Shown here one piece after another: positions 44,818 through 58,100 of a stretch of 64,000 nucleotides of DNA. The notes beneath the pieces were generated by a model. That model was not told the origin of the DNA. It made no database searches and saw only the letters and a list, made by a program, of their open reading frames with translations. The position numbers and the translations under genes are program-made. The DNA is from Octopus sinensis (taxonomy: Eukaryota), in assembly GCF_006345805.1 (NCBI RefSeq), contig NC_042998.1, positions 157,666,001 through 157,730,000 on the forward strand, given 5' to 3'. The first letter of the stretch is position 1. Each line of letters starts with the position of its first letter.

Positions 44818-47800
44818 CAAACAACGTAGACAGAACCATGAAAAAACACCAAATAACGCCAACATGAAATATGTATCCTCTGACCAAGTGGCAAACCAAA
44901 CAAGTAACTCTTTTTTACTGACATACCTGGAAAATATGAAGGCCGACCTAAGCCAGGAGATCCAGCGAGCTATCACCAACCATCTATGCAAATCACAAGG
45001 ACTACTCACCCATTACCAACTTCCCTTACCTCGACATTCCTGTTAAATGTACGTGGCATCAACCCATCAATTATTGCCCAAAAATGGAAGATCCCATATA
45101 TAGAGAGTTGGCTTGCAGAAATGGCACATTGCTTCCCTTTCTTTATCCTTACCGAGACTCACCTGAACAACACCCATATGGACGCAGAGGTGAAAATAAA
45201 AGATTTCACCATTGTTCGTGCGGATCGCACAGACCGAAATAAGGGAGGGACAGCCATCTTTATCCATGACTCCTTTTCACTTGATGCCAAGGACATATTT
45301 TCCAATGGCTACTGTGAATCGGTATCACTATACAATAAAGCCAAGGACATAACCATTGTTGGTCTTTACAGGCCTCCCCAGGCACCTCTAAAGTACTTTG
45401 AAGAGTGCCTTAGCAAAGTCAAGTCCTTCCTTCGGAAGTACCACTTCGGAAACATACTAGTGATGGGTGATTTTAACCTCCCTCATGTGAACTGGCCCAC
45501 AAATACTCTGAAGTTAGGCAAGTGCTCTACATCAGATAGAGCAGCAGCAGAACTGCTCTTTAATCTGATGGATGAGTATTTCCTGACTCAGCTAGTGCTT
45601 GAACCAACGAGACAGAATAAAACGATCTTGGATCTGGTATAGACCAATCACTCTAGCTACGTTCACAGCATTTCAGTCGAAAAAACTCTCCTCTCAGACC
45701 ACGACATGGTACTCTGCAATCTTAATTCCCGACATATAAAAACCAAACCAGCCAATCCCACTCCATGGCACCCAGTTGACAACATAAACTTCCATAAAGT
45801 GGACTGGGGAACAATCAGAAAGGAACTGTCTTCCATCGACTGGTCTTTTACTCTCAATTCCTCTCATACTGAGACCGCGTGGCAGCACTTTGAAAACATT
45901 GTCACCTATACATGCTCTAAACACGCTCCCAAGAAATCTACTAACACAAACAGAAACCGGCTCCCTAAAAAGAAAAAAAACACTCATCAGGCGCATCAAA
46001 AGACTCAACAAAAAAATCAACCAATTAAAATATTCCCACACACAACATCCACATTCAACAACAATGAAAAGACTAGAGCTGGAAAAACTTCATCTGCAGA
46101 CTAACATGAAAACCTCCATTGAAAATCAAAGAGCTGTGGAGGAACAATGGATAATCAAAAACATCAAACAGAACCCAAAAGTGTTCTATTCTTATGCAAA
46201 TAAGCATAGAACCACTGTATTCTTATGCAAATAAGCATAGAACCACTGTCTCACCCATTGGGCCATTGATTGATGATAACGGCATTCCCTAACACGATGC
46301 TAAAGAAATGGCAGAAATACTGCAGAAACAATACTCTTTAGTGTTCCCACTGATATTGACGTGAGGGAAACGAACGAAGTTGACTCCCAACACAAAATCT
46401 CACACATAACCTTCACTGCCACCGACATCGTAGCAGCAATAAATGAGGTCAAACATTACTCTGCTGTAGGCCCTGATAGATTTCCCGCTAGTCTCCTGAA
46501 GGAATGTAGATATCAACTTGAAGTCCCTCTGACCAACCTCTGGAGAAATTCGTTAGACGCAGGTTATATACCGAAACAGTTTCTATCCCAGTCGGTCATC
46601 CCGGTTTTCAAACAGGGAAACAGATCCCTCGCAGTCAACTATCGCCCAATCTCACTCACCTCCCACATCATTAAAGTGTTTGAAAGAGTGTTAAGATCAA
46701 GGATAGCTGACTTCCTGGAGACCCACAAACTCCTAAATTCAAATCAGCATGGCTTTCGCTGTGGCAGGGACTGTCTAACACAGCTCTTACACCACATTGA
46801 AGATGTACTCAAAGCCTTGGGAACAGGTTCGAACTCTGACGTCGTATATCTTGACGTCAGTAAAGCGTTCGATAGGGTAGACCATAACACCCTACTCTCA
46901 AAATTGGCAAATGTTGGAATCTGTGGAAAAGTTCTACACTGGATTAAGTATTTCCTGGCGAATAGAACACAACATGTTGTAGTTGATGGAGTCCACTCAA
47001 ACCCAGCAAAAGTCACCAGCGGTGTTCCCCAGGGAACTGTTTTGGGTCCGCTACTCTTCATTTACTTAAACGACCTTTCCAGTGTCGTACATTACTGCAA
47101 AGTGAAAATATTCGCTGTTGACACTAAGCTCCAGCAAATCGTCAATGAAGAAGCAGACCGAACTCAACTCCAGTCTGATCTATATGCTGTGAGTCAATGG
47201 GCAGACAGAAACAAAATGCAACTGAATGAGGGAAAATTTGAGCTGATGCATTTTGGAAGAAATTCCTCACTAAAACAACCATACTCTCTTCCTTCAGGGG
47301 AACCGCTCACAGCCTCTAACAATATCAGAGACCTGGGTGTAATTGTTGATGACGATCTCAGTTGGAGTGCACACATCAACAAGAAGGTCGATATAGCTCG
47401 AAGGATGAGTTCCTGGATCTTAAGAACTTTCCGGTCCAGAGAACAAGGTGTCATCATACCACTTTTTTCCTCCTTTGTACGGCCACACCTTGAATACTGC
47501 TGCCCACTGTGGTCTCCTCACACAAGACAAAACATCTCCAGAATTGAGTCACCCCAGAGGGCTCTCACTAAACGAATTGAAGGCATGGCTGCTCTCGATT
47601 ATTGGGATCGCCTTAAAGCCTTGAAACTTTACTCCCTCCAGCGTCGCCGTGAGCGGTACATCATTTGTACGATGTGGAAAATATACCGCCAACTTTGCCC
47701 AAACGACCTAAACATTAGCTTCAAGGTTCATCCAAATTCAAGATCACAACATACATGTACACTGCAACATAATTTCTTTTCCCCAACAGACCCTGCCCTA

Positions 47801-48106
47801 TTTAACATTGTCCCGAGGGAGATCAAAGAGGAAAAGGATCCCATCAACTTTAAACAGAGTCTGGATAGATTCCTTCAAAGAATACCAGATAAGCCACCCA
47901 TAATTGGATACAACTCACCCAACAAGAACTCACTACTTGAACAAAACTTGATACAACTCACCCAACAAGTACTCACTACTTGAACAAAACTTGACTTAAA
48001 CAAAACTTGACTTAAACAGGATTCGAATAATCCTATCAGGTGGTGCTATTAAGTTAGACATGGCCTGGACCAATCTTTGGTCGAAACATATCTAAGTTTA
48101 TCTAAG
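44818..48106 (+). mobile_element. CR1-type (CR1/L2 group) non-LTR retrotransposon with near-complete but disrupted ORF2
   Basis: APE: LLNVRGIN, LTETHL, KGGTAIFI, GLYRPP, MGDFNLPHVNW, PTRQNKTILDLV, SDH. RT: NYRPISLTS, QHGFR, YLDVSKAFDRVDH, SGVPQGTVLGPLLF, FAVD (from FADD), RPHLEYCCPLWSP, LYSLQRRRERY. Flanked by (TA)n; ends tctaagtttatctaag. Confidence 0.92.
44986..47983 (+). pseudogene. CR1 ORF2 (APE-RT) pseudogene
   Basis: Fragments 44986-45642, 45706-46104, 45890-46234, 46361-47983 with stops and frameshifts. Confidence 0.88.
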
Positions 48107-48157
<51 letters not shown>

Positions 48158-48158
<1 letters not shown>

Positions 48159-48504
48159 CGTAGCACACCGTCGGTTACGACGACGAATGTTCTAGTTGAT
48201 CCGATCAACGAACAGCCTGCTTGTGAAATTAATGTGCTAGTGGTTGAGCACTCCACAGACACGTATATCCTTAACGTAGTTCTCGGGGAGATTCAGTGTG
48301 ACTCTTTGAAATGCAGGTACAACAGAAACAGGAAGAAAGAGAAAGTCGTGGTGAAAAAGTACAACAGGGTTCACCCCCCCCCCACCGCGGAGCAACGTGG
48401 AGTTTTACGTATTTTTGCTTATTAAACACTTACAACGCCGGTTTGGGAATTGAAACCGCGATCCCACAACGGCGAATCCGCTGCCTCGACCACTGGGCCA
48501 CTGA

Positions 48505-48505
<1 letters not shown>
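48158..48505 (-). mobile_element. tRNA-derived SINE (family C)
   Basis: Reverse complement starts gtcagtggcccagtggtcgaggcagcggattcg...ggtttcaattccc (A and B boxes), lacks a tRNA acceptor stem, and continues into ~280 bp of non-tRNA body. Confidence 0.75.
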
Positions 48506-48579
<74 letters not shown>

Positions 48580-48586
48580 TGTGTAT

Positions 48587-48670
<84 letters not shown>

Positions 48671-48807
48671 ACGTATAAACAAGGGCAAAAGAAAAAAATT
48701 CCAATGCCAAATATGCCGAAAATAGACACTTCGTCAATAACCATATAATTCATCACTATAAGTACGTGTCTCGTATATATATATAATTTATCACTATGAA
48801 TACGTGC

Positions 48808-48888
<81 letters not shown>

Positions 48889-48910
48889 GTAAATGTAATA
48901 TGTGACAATT

Positions 48911-48997
48911 ATTCGGTAGCCAAGTTTAAACTCCGAGTTTCGGATGCCGAGGTGGAAATTCACGCCACCATCTCTTCAGTTATCCGGCCATCCGAAT
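48911..48997 (-). ncRNA. Type I hammerhead ribozyme candidate with long stem I
   Basis: Reverse complement attcggatggccggataa-CTGAAGA-gatggtgg...ccacctcggcatc-c-GAAA-ctc g gag-T-T-taaacttggctaccgaat; closed by attcgg/ccgaat. Confidence 0.5.
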
Positions 48998-49000
48998 ATA

Positions 49001-49033
<33 letters not shown>

Positions 49034-51940
49034 ATGTGTGTGTGTGCATGTGTGTGTGTATTAATGTAAACAGATATACGCGCTTTTACGCGCATATATT
49101 CTGCTTACCTGCCTATGAATATGTATCTACCATTCTGTAGTCCCCAGTGTTTATCTAATTCAACCAAAGAAAACGAGTATTCATGTATTCTTGCCATTAA
49201 AGAATATATTAACCTGAACAGAAGATATTAAGGCATAGTCACCACAATATGTATACATTTACTTTTAGGGCACCTGGAAATTTGCATACATTCATATTGC
49301 ACCATATGCTTTATCTGGTTTAAATTAAATTTTCTTTTCTCTTTTCTTGTTCAGTTGCTATCGTGTGTGTGTTTGTTTGTGTGTGTATGTATGCGTGTGT
49401 GAGTGTGCGTGTGTGTGTATAGTGTTCTTTAAATCTCATTATGATTTGGTCCATATATATGCAATGATATATGTAGGCTCTTTTGTGTGCATGTATGCAT
49501 ATATAGACAAGTTGGTGTCTTGTTAGTGAAAACTTTTGTGCATATGTGTGATTTGTGCATGCGCACAGGCTATACATATACATACGCATATTGAAGTAAC
49601 TAAGGATGAATGTCATTGCAAGATAAGAAGATAAGAATTAAAAAAATATTTTCAGTGCTTAGTGACGCAGTATACAAAATATAAGAGAAAACCTGTTCCT
49701 GTATTATCTCCATTAGGAGTTAGGGACATGACTAGAAACATTGATGGGTAGAGGAATAGTTGATTAATCGTCTTCTGTATAGTTCGGTGCCTATATTATT
49801 GAACGTAGGAGATTGAAATTCAGTAGCCACGTTGCGAAGATCTGAGCTCAGAATGTCAATGAGTTGAAATTCCACCAGGCACTAAACCCAAAGTTGTATA
49901 AAATCTGCTGGCCACTGCTGCCGTAAAATTATTAAATCGAATGTTTTTAACGCAGCAACAATGCCCCAAATTTCATATGAAGGAGAAATGAATTAAACCG
50001 ACTGCAGAATTTGAGTGTAATTTATATATCATAGAAGAGTGATATATATCATAGAAGAGTCGATGTCGACAACATTTGAACTAATACTACAAAGCCTTTC
50101 ATCCGACATTATTTTCCGATTCTAACACACACAGCCCAAATCTAACATTTAGCTGAAGTATTTTCCTCATTTACGCCAGAGTAATAAAAATCAGTTTAGT
50201 AAATTATTTTATGATCTAACAAAATATCGCCGTATCATTGTGAATTGTTAATCAATCCTGATATAACGTGAGGTTTCTGTTGCAATGCACCACATTTTAA
50301 AATGAAGACAGTAAGAGAGTTGTTTGCAATCTAATTTTTGTTTAAACAAGCTTCTACATACATACGTTTTTAGAGTATAATTCTCATCATCCCATTTTCC
50401 AGTTATTACCCTGATTTGTGCTATAACAGGGAGTTATTTTCGTGTCATGATGAAGAACAATGGTTTGAAGAATGCACTGCGATAAAATATGCCTTCATCG
50501 CCCGAAGCTTTAGTCTATAAATTTTCAAATAATTTTAGTGATAAATGTATATTATGATTTAAATACTATTAAGTAAATATTGATTTTTAACTGAGAGTAC
50601 GAAAACTTGCATGTAGGTGGATGAATGACGTTCATTCCTTGCTCGAAGGAAATAGTATTAATCCAAAATAATGTGTTGGAGCATTAGAGCAACGGAAAAA
50701 TGTTTTGAAATGTTGAGTTGCATTCCTTTATGTTCTAAGTTTCAATCCGGTCGCGACAAGTTTTGTCTTTATTTCTGTATGGAGTCAACAAAATATTTAT
50801 TCATCACGTACTGGTTTCACTTTAATCGGTTATATCCTCCCATCAAATGTGTGGCGTTGTGGTTTATGTTAAAAATCAATATTATTCAACTGAGTTTAAC
50901 CTGGGAAAATAGTGATGTTTTAGGCTGAAGTTGTGTTGGACTGGCTTGGAAATCGAAGCTTTATTCCTTTGCTTAGCAAGCGGGCTTGTGTACATAGTCG
51001 CTGCACACGTTTCGAGAATGGTAATATTAAGGTAGTTGATCGTTTGCTTTGAATGCTAAAAGTGTTAAGCAGGTAAGCTTTAGTAAGGTAGAATACGTCT
51101 TTCTAGTTAAGTGCAACTAGAGTCGTAATAACGGTAGAAAATAAAGACAGAAAAATAGTGGCTTCGTGTTTGATGAGTGAATGCTTGCTGATGAATATTA
51201 TATGTTCTTACGAGTTAATGTTTGCTGTGAATTCCTGAGGTTAATGATAGAAAGTAAGGTATACAGACAAGGAGAGGTTTCCTATAGAACACAGAAATTA
51301 AAAATTTGCTTAGAACATTCAATAGAGACTCTAAGCTGTATAATCGGGGTATAATTGTGGTGGGAGAATATACTATTAGCATGTTTAGAAGAGCAGGAAA
51401 GCCAATATTTTTATTACAATTCCATCTCAGTTAAAGAATTCATCGAATTACTTGACGTTTATTTTATTTTATCCACTTCGGGAAGATACAAGATTCAGCT
51501 AACAGTTCATTCCAGAAGACAAACTGTATAGTCTCAAAGTACTAGACAATCTCTCAATAACAATCATATCAACAACACTTATTGGATCGCTGTATTTATT
51601 TTATCAAATATTAATTTATTTCGGTGAAATATTTTCTCATCATTGCAACACTGTAAACTTTCATTCTGCTATTGTTTTACTTGTTTCTACACTAAACATT
51701 TAATACCAATTTCTAAATTTCACAATAAGAAAACTGTAAAAGTAAAATTAGCTATTTAGGCTTCGGTCTCGCATTAATCAAAACGTTGTAAGTCAGAGTT
51801 GGTTAAACAAAGCACACACACACACACACGCACACACACACACACAGACACACACACACAAACCCCCCCACACACACACACGCACACACACGCACGCACG
51901 CACACGCATACACACACATGAATATATACATATTTACATA

Positions 51941-52556
51941 CGAGGGTCGGCTGAAAAGTTCATACGCTGATCAAGATATTCTCATAGAATGTGACCAAAT
52001 GAGATTTATGTTTAAACATTGTCCCACTTGCGGTCCCCACACTTCTACCTGTGTTTCAGTGCTTGGATCCCATTGAAGAAGTTTTCATCATTTTGCTAAA
52101 AGAAAAAGTCATCAACAGCAGATATAATAGTCATTGACACTGCAATATTGGTTTCCAGCCAAATTCTTTTTCATGTTGGAACAGATGATTGCCAGATGCA
52201 GCCATGCACATTGGTTATCAAAACCGAGAACTTATGTGATGGAACATCATTGTAATGAAACAAGACCATTTTCTTGAGTTTTTCGGAGCGTTTGGTTTTA
52301 ATGGTCTTTCATAATTGCCTAGTGTTATTTGGCATAATACTCTCTCCGTTCATGGTGTGGCCCTTTCGAAAATAGTCAATAAGCACCATGCCTTTTGCAA
52401 CCCCAAAAAACTAAGACCATCATCTTCACAGACTGCGAACAGTGAGATGTCAGCTTACCTAGAAAGAAATGATGCAGTTATTAATAAGAAGGGATGAAAT
52501 TAAGCATGCAGGATTTCACAGCTCTGGTCGGTTATGAACGTTTCAGCACCCCCTTG
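51941..52556. mobile_element. Non-autonomous, degenerate mariner-like element
   Basis: TA|cgagggtcggctgaaaagttcata vs revcomp of the right end caagggggtgctgaaacgttcata; ~616 bp. Confidence 0.6.
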
Positions 52557-53102
52557 AACATTGTATATATGTATATACATACATATTTGTATATATGTAT
52601 ATCATACATATTTGTATAATATATATGTCTGTATGTCTATATATTGACAGTGCGTTATAAGCGAATGTAAGATTTTTAATTGTGTGTTTCTCTTTCCGAC
52701 CCGCTGCCGAATGGCATTAACGAGGAAAATATTAAACAACTTGGAACTGACAACTACAGTAACAACGAAATACACCAGTTTAAATGCATCTCTTTCCTAA
52801 AAATAATGAGCTGCAACGATAATATACATTGAATTAAAAGAGAGGCGACGAAGCTATAATTTTCTAGAAATATTTCTGTTTAAATAACAAGGCCATGATC
52901 TTGAAGTTGTTAGCAGCGAGACGCTTAGGCAGACATATACGCGAAGTTTCACTGAGAAGTAAAATTCTGAGGCTGATAAAATGATATTATCAGTTACTTA
53001 GTAACCTTGTATTTCTTGAAACAAAAAACGTTCCATTTCATTATACTTTGATTAAAATAAATAATTAAAGGCTACAGTAAAAAAAATATCGTCAACATCG
53101 AA

Positions 53103-53246
<144 letters not shown>

Positions 53247-55129
53247 ATGTGTATAATGCTTCTTCCAGCAGTGTGTTATTTCAGAGAAATAGTATTATCT
53301 ACTACAAAGTAATCAAGTGAATACATAATGTGCAATCATCTAAATGCATAAGAGGAAAACATTTTTGAAGACAATATGGAATCAATCTATGGAGCAAGGC
53401 TAAGGGACACCTGTTATAGATAAATAAAACAACAAATCAATAATCCAAATTATGTGGGCCTAGCATTGATCAGTGGAAAATTTACTTGCAGAACTAGTTG
53501 ATTTTCAACTGGATTGCATTAAAATTCGATAGGCACCACTTATTACAACATTTAAAATTGTGATGCTATAACTATACATTTAAACAAAATCCTAAAAGAC
53601 ACTATGATCAAAAACCGATCGTAAGAGAAAAGAGTACTAATTCAAAAATGCTAGTGAGTGTAAAATAAATACATATAATTTTGTTTGTTAGTGATATAGA
53701 AAGCCCTAACCTATAAACTCTCCGAGAGGATGGCTTCCACCCAACAGATAATATTTGGCTGCAGGCGACGGAGATATATTTTATTTGATTGCTCACTATA
53801 GTATGACACACAAGTATGAATATATTCTGAGAGTTAAACAATAAGAAATGTAATATCCGTAGCATAAGCAGTCTTCCAGAACATTGAATTTTAAAGATAA
53901 AAGTATAAAAAAAGGCTTTAATTCTCGAGAATAACTTAAAGTAGTATTAAATATAGATCAAAATATAATAACACAAGGGCATATAAATAATGCTGAAAAA
54001 ATACAACAAAATTATATAACACAAAATAAACGATAAAAATTTGAAAAAAAACACAGAAGAGATGATTGAAGTATTAAAGTAACGAACTATTATTGGCAAA
54101 GCGATCAGTTATTGGAGAGCGTCAAAAGAAAAAGCAAATAACGCTAAACGTAGTAGTAATCAGTTGCTGGGAAGGCCGTCGACATTATACCATACTGCTG
54201 GATATATTGGAGACACATCAAACTGGAATTGAAGCAGTATATCAGCAAGCTCATGTCAAAATACAAAAGAAAAAAAAACAAACATCAGTTACACGACAAA
54301 ACAAAGAAAATCTAGTTAAAGGCGGACCGATATCTGCGAAAAGTATTTCCTGAGATTCACAGCTCATAAATATCACTTTTGTATTTAGTGCTTACTCCAC
54401 GTCAACGTCTGTTGAATGAAGCGACCAAATAGATACAATTTTTATGGATAAAATGTAAATAATTTGCTATATGGATCGTTACATAAAAGTGACAACTGTC
54501 ATTCGAAATTTCTATATTATTTACAAGAGAATGAGTTTCGTTAAATGTATCAAAACAGTTCTAAGAAGACTTACACTAATGAAATTTCAGTTTTAGATAA
54601 ATTATTGGAAAATAGAAAATAAGAATAGAAGAATAGTAGATATAATCATGAAAAGAGAAGAAAAAAATTAGAAACAAATAACACATAGGAAGCTATGGAA
54701 TATTGGGAAACAAATAATCCAATACCAGAAGTAAGATATGTAGAAATATCTTATCTATTCGAAACATAATCTGCTTCTTCTAATTGGAAGTTTTCTGAAT
54801 AAAATGCACACCGTGCGTACAGTGAGAAAATAGCCTGATAAGAACTAAAGAATATAAGTGTATGTGTGTGTTTTACAGAAAGCATGCAGCAAAACCCTTC
54901 TGTCTATATTGGTTCAGAATAATGAAAACTCTAGAAACTAGTACAGTGAGGACTAATTCACTTTACGGCATTCATTTAAAATTGAATGAGAAAAATGAAG
55001 TTTAAAAATATATATCTTAAACAAGTCTTATAAAACCACTCCATAAACAGTATCCTGTAAAACTGTAAAAGACAGTATCTTGCAAAATTTGACAAAGAAG
55101 TGTGTTAGTACAGGAAGAAGCCAAGATTA

Positions 55130-55380
55130 GCTCAAGAGCTTTGGACAGAAAGCAAAACTGAAGGCTTGATTTTAAACGCACATGATCAATACTTAGGCCT
55201 CAACAGATACAAAAATAGAAGAATTAAAGATAACCCAATTAAATATTTAAAAAATCGGCAAAAGGTAGATATAGTTATAACTGTTACATTCCAAACGAAT
55301 ACTGTTATGTTCTGGAAAAGAACTGTCTAGACTATAAGACGGAATTGAAAGCAAACCACCTGGATATAATAGACAAGTAA
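55130..55380 (+). mobile_element. Old Dong/R4-like LINE relic
   Basis: ESKTEGLILNAHDQYLGLNRYKNR and DYKTELKANHLDII parallel the IAAQDQSLPTRNY and DREIKANRPDIVV motifs of the 26283 element. Confidence 0.5.
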
Positions 55381-56589
55381 AATCCATTCACTGCTCGAAC
55401 TACTAGAACAGCAAACATCCCTAAATTACATCCTATGATCACGAAAAGAAAAGATACGTGGGATTATGCGATCCTTTGTATCATATGCTTTAGAAAATAC
55501 GAAATGTTCAAATAGGGAATATATTTCATCACAGATCAGCTCGATCAATATTGATCTCGAACAAACTGCAATAAAAATAACATCAGAGGAGAGTTAAACA
55601 AAATACAAGAAATACTGAAACGAAAATTAGAACGATGTCGTCTACCAGAATATGAACATCGGCTATTACAAAACGAAGCATTGGCTATGCTGATGAATTT
55701 CAGCTAACATAATATCCAACCAGTATTCATAATTTTACATACAACGAGCAACGAAATGCCAAATAAAATTGGTTGGTTCTAAAATTTACTTACAAATCAC
55801 ATAACTTCCTAGCTTTTTCTATAAGTCTGTAATGTTCATACTTGGGAAAACATATATCAACAATTCCACAGAAATATTCTACAGGAAGAAAAGAAATTAT
55901 ATAGAATAGAGTTCATATAGCTATAGAGACCAACTATTGACTAATAATCAACTTAGAAATCTACGGCCAAAAGAAGTGAAGAAAGAAATTTATGTACTGC
56001 CAGGTTAGATTCTTTGAAGGGTGCATATACAGAGGTAACGGTTACTTCTAGAGTTTCCCCAATAATTAAAAGATTCGTAGAAATTAGCATACTTAAATGT
56101 AGAACATATATGTTAAATCACAAGGAAACTGTCATACAATTTGCCAAGGTTTACATAAAATAACGGATATTTTAAAGTTATTCGCTCTCACTAAGATCAA
56201 TATTTTGTCTTAACACGTACAATCCAAATCTCTTTAGGGGTAAATACTAGATAGGTAGGATCAAGATGAGCTATTTGTTCAACGCTAATCATGTCAAGAT
56301 ATATAAATTCGTAATGTAGTTTTTAAAATATTCTTGTATCATCAGTATGGAGTTTGCGTTAATCTTAAAGAAGAAGAGGCCAACCATGAGTGTAAACAAC
56401 GAAAATTAAATTAAACTTGCATTATAATCTTCAGAGCAGATACAGTGTATAGATAGATAACTAGTTATAATCCTCGCAAGTAAAATTCAATAAATTCCGG
56501 AGTTGTCTTGCCTAGTTTTTGAATTATGTGACCATATGTTCAAATCGAAACATTTGTAGCCATCTAAAAACTCACAAAAACTGGTATCC

Positions 56590-56995
56590 TTTTACTCTTT
56601 TACTTGTTTCAGTAATGTGACTGCGGCAATGCTGGAGCACCGCCTTTTAGTCGAAGAAATCTCCCCTAGGACTTTGTAAACTTGTTTACTTTGTAAACCT
56701 GTTACTTATCCTATCGGTTGTCACGCGATGGTGAGGGGACAAACACACACACAAAGATACACACACACAAAGATACACACACACAAAGATACACACACAC
56801 AAAGATACACACACACACACACACGTTTCAGTCATTTGACTGTGGTCATGCTGGAGCACCGCCTTTAGTCGAACAAACCAACCCCAGGGCTTATTCTCTG
56901 TAAGCCTAGCATAGTACTTCCTCTATTGGTATTTTGCTGAACCGCTAAGTTACGAGGATGTAAATACACCAGCATCGATTGTTAAGTGATGGTGG
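56590..56995 (-). mobile_element. Family-B SINE 3' fragments with internal (ACACACACAAAGAT)x4 minisatellite
   Basis: Repeated tgactg(c/t)gg..atgctggagcaccgcctttagtcg motif at ~56623 and ~56837. Confidence 0.6.
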
Positions 56996-57017
56996 GGAGA
57001 CAACTACAAACACACAA

Positions 57018-57122
<105 letters not shown>

Positions 57123-57146
57123 GCATATATGTATGTATACACGCCC

Positions 57147-57374
57147 TGATACCGTCGGTATCTACAAATCAAATTTTAGCGCAATCGGATGGAGGACGCC
57201 CGAGATCCTAGAAGACACACACAGAGAGACAGGCAAAATGGATTTTATATTATATTATATATATATAATATAATATAAAATCCGTTCTGTCTGTCTGTGT
57301 CTGTGTCTTCTAGGATCTCGGGCATCCTCCATCCGATTGCGCTAAAATTTGAGATATAGATACCGACGGTATCA
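57147..57374. repeat. 228-bp spacer-less palindrome of a Helitron-like 5' end (head-to-head)
   Basis: Left arm 57147-57260 is approximately the reverse complement of 57262-57374; the centre is a TA-rich tract. Confidence 0.9.
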
Positions 57375-57907
57375 AGTCGTGTATAAGTCTTTAAAAAATT
57401 ACAAAAATCGATTCCAGGTGAGAATGCGATCAATAAAGCCGTGGGAACGTGCATTTGTATGCGTAGATATATATAAATATATATAATTTGTCCATCTAGA
57501 TTTAGCTCCACCTAACACATTTGCATGTATCGTTTTTGTCCTGCTTTTCTTCCCTCAACCTATACATAACTGCACCTTCCATTTTTTGCTGTAGTTGTAC
57601 TGCTTAAAGGCACGTTTCTTTCCTGCCAAGCTTAATGTTTAAACCATGTTTGTGTTCTCCCTGTCAACAGCCTTATCATTACTGGTACTTTAAACTCTTC
57701 GGTAGCATATTTGTATGAATAAAATCCTTTTTCTTTGGAATAGAAAAGTCTATCTTCTTCTTTTGCTGGTGTCTGAAATTTAGGTTAAATCAGTGTTTCT
57801 CAAAGGGGATGCCTATGGAACGGTCGGACAAGTTGTTTTGAGAAAATTTAGTTTAAATCGTTAACAATTCAGCACCGTCTATTGGACGGGGGGGGGGCGT
57901 TTTGCTC

Positions 57908-57960
<53 letters not shown>

Positions 57961-57975
57961 ATATTTATATATATA

Positions 57976-58100
57976 CGACGGGATTCTTTTCAGTTTCCTA
58001 GTATCAAATTCACTTGCCCAAGGTGCCACGCAATGGGACTGAACCCGGAACCATATGCTTGGGAAGCAAGCTTCTTACGACACAGCCGCACCTGCGCCTA
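57976..58100 (-). mobile_element. Family-B tRNA-derived SINE, internally deleted
   Basis: Reverse complement taggcgcaggtgcggctgtgtcgtaagaagcttgcttcccaagcatatggttccgggttcagtcccattgcgtggcaccttgggcaag. Confidence 0.8.

Noticed and set aside
48430-48505. Possible tRNA gene
   Set aside because: A and B boxes are present, but there is no acceptor stem or terminator and it continues into a repeat body; it is a SINE head.
50950-51400. Additional Penelope RT relic (FYRKP on the minus strand; similar hints at 14900-15300)
   Set aside because: Single short motifs in AT-rich sequence; not distinguishable from chance by eye.
56740-56815. Regularly spaced 14-bp repeats as a CRISPR-like array
   Set aside because: There are no unique spacers; it is a simple (AC)n-derived minisatellite in eukaryotic DNA.
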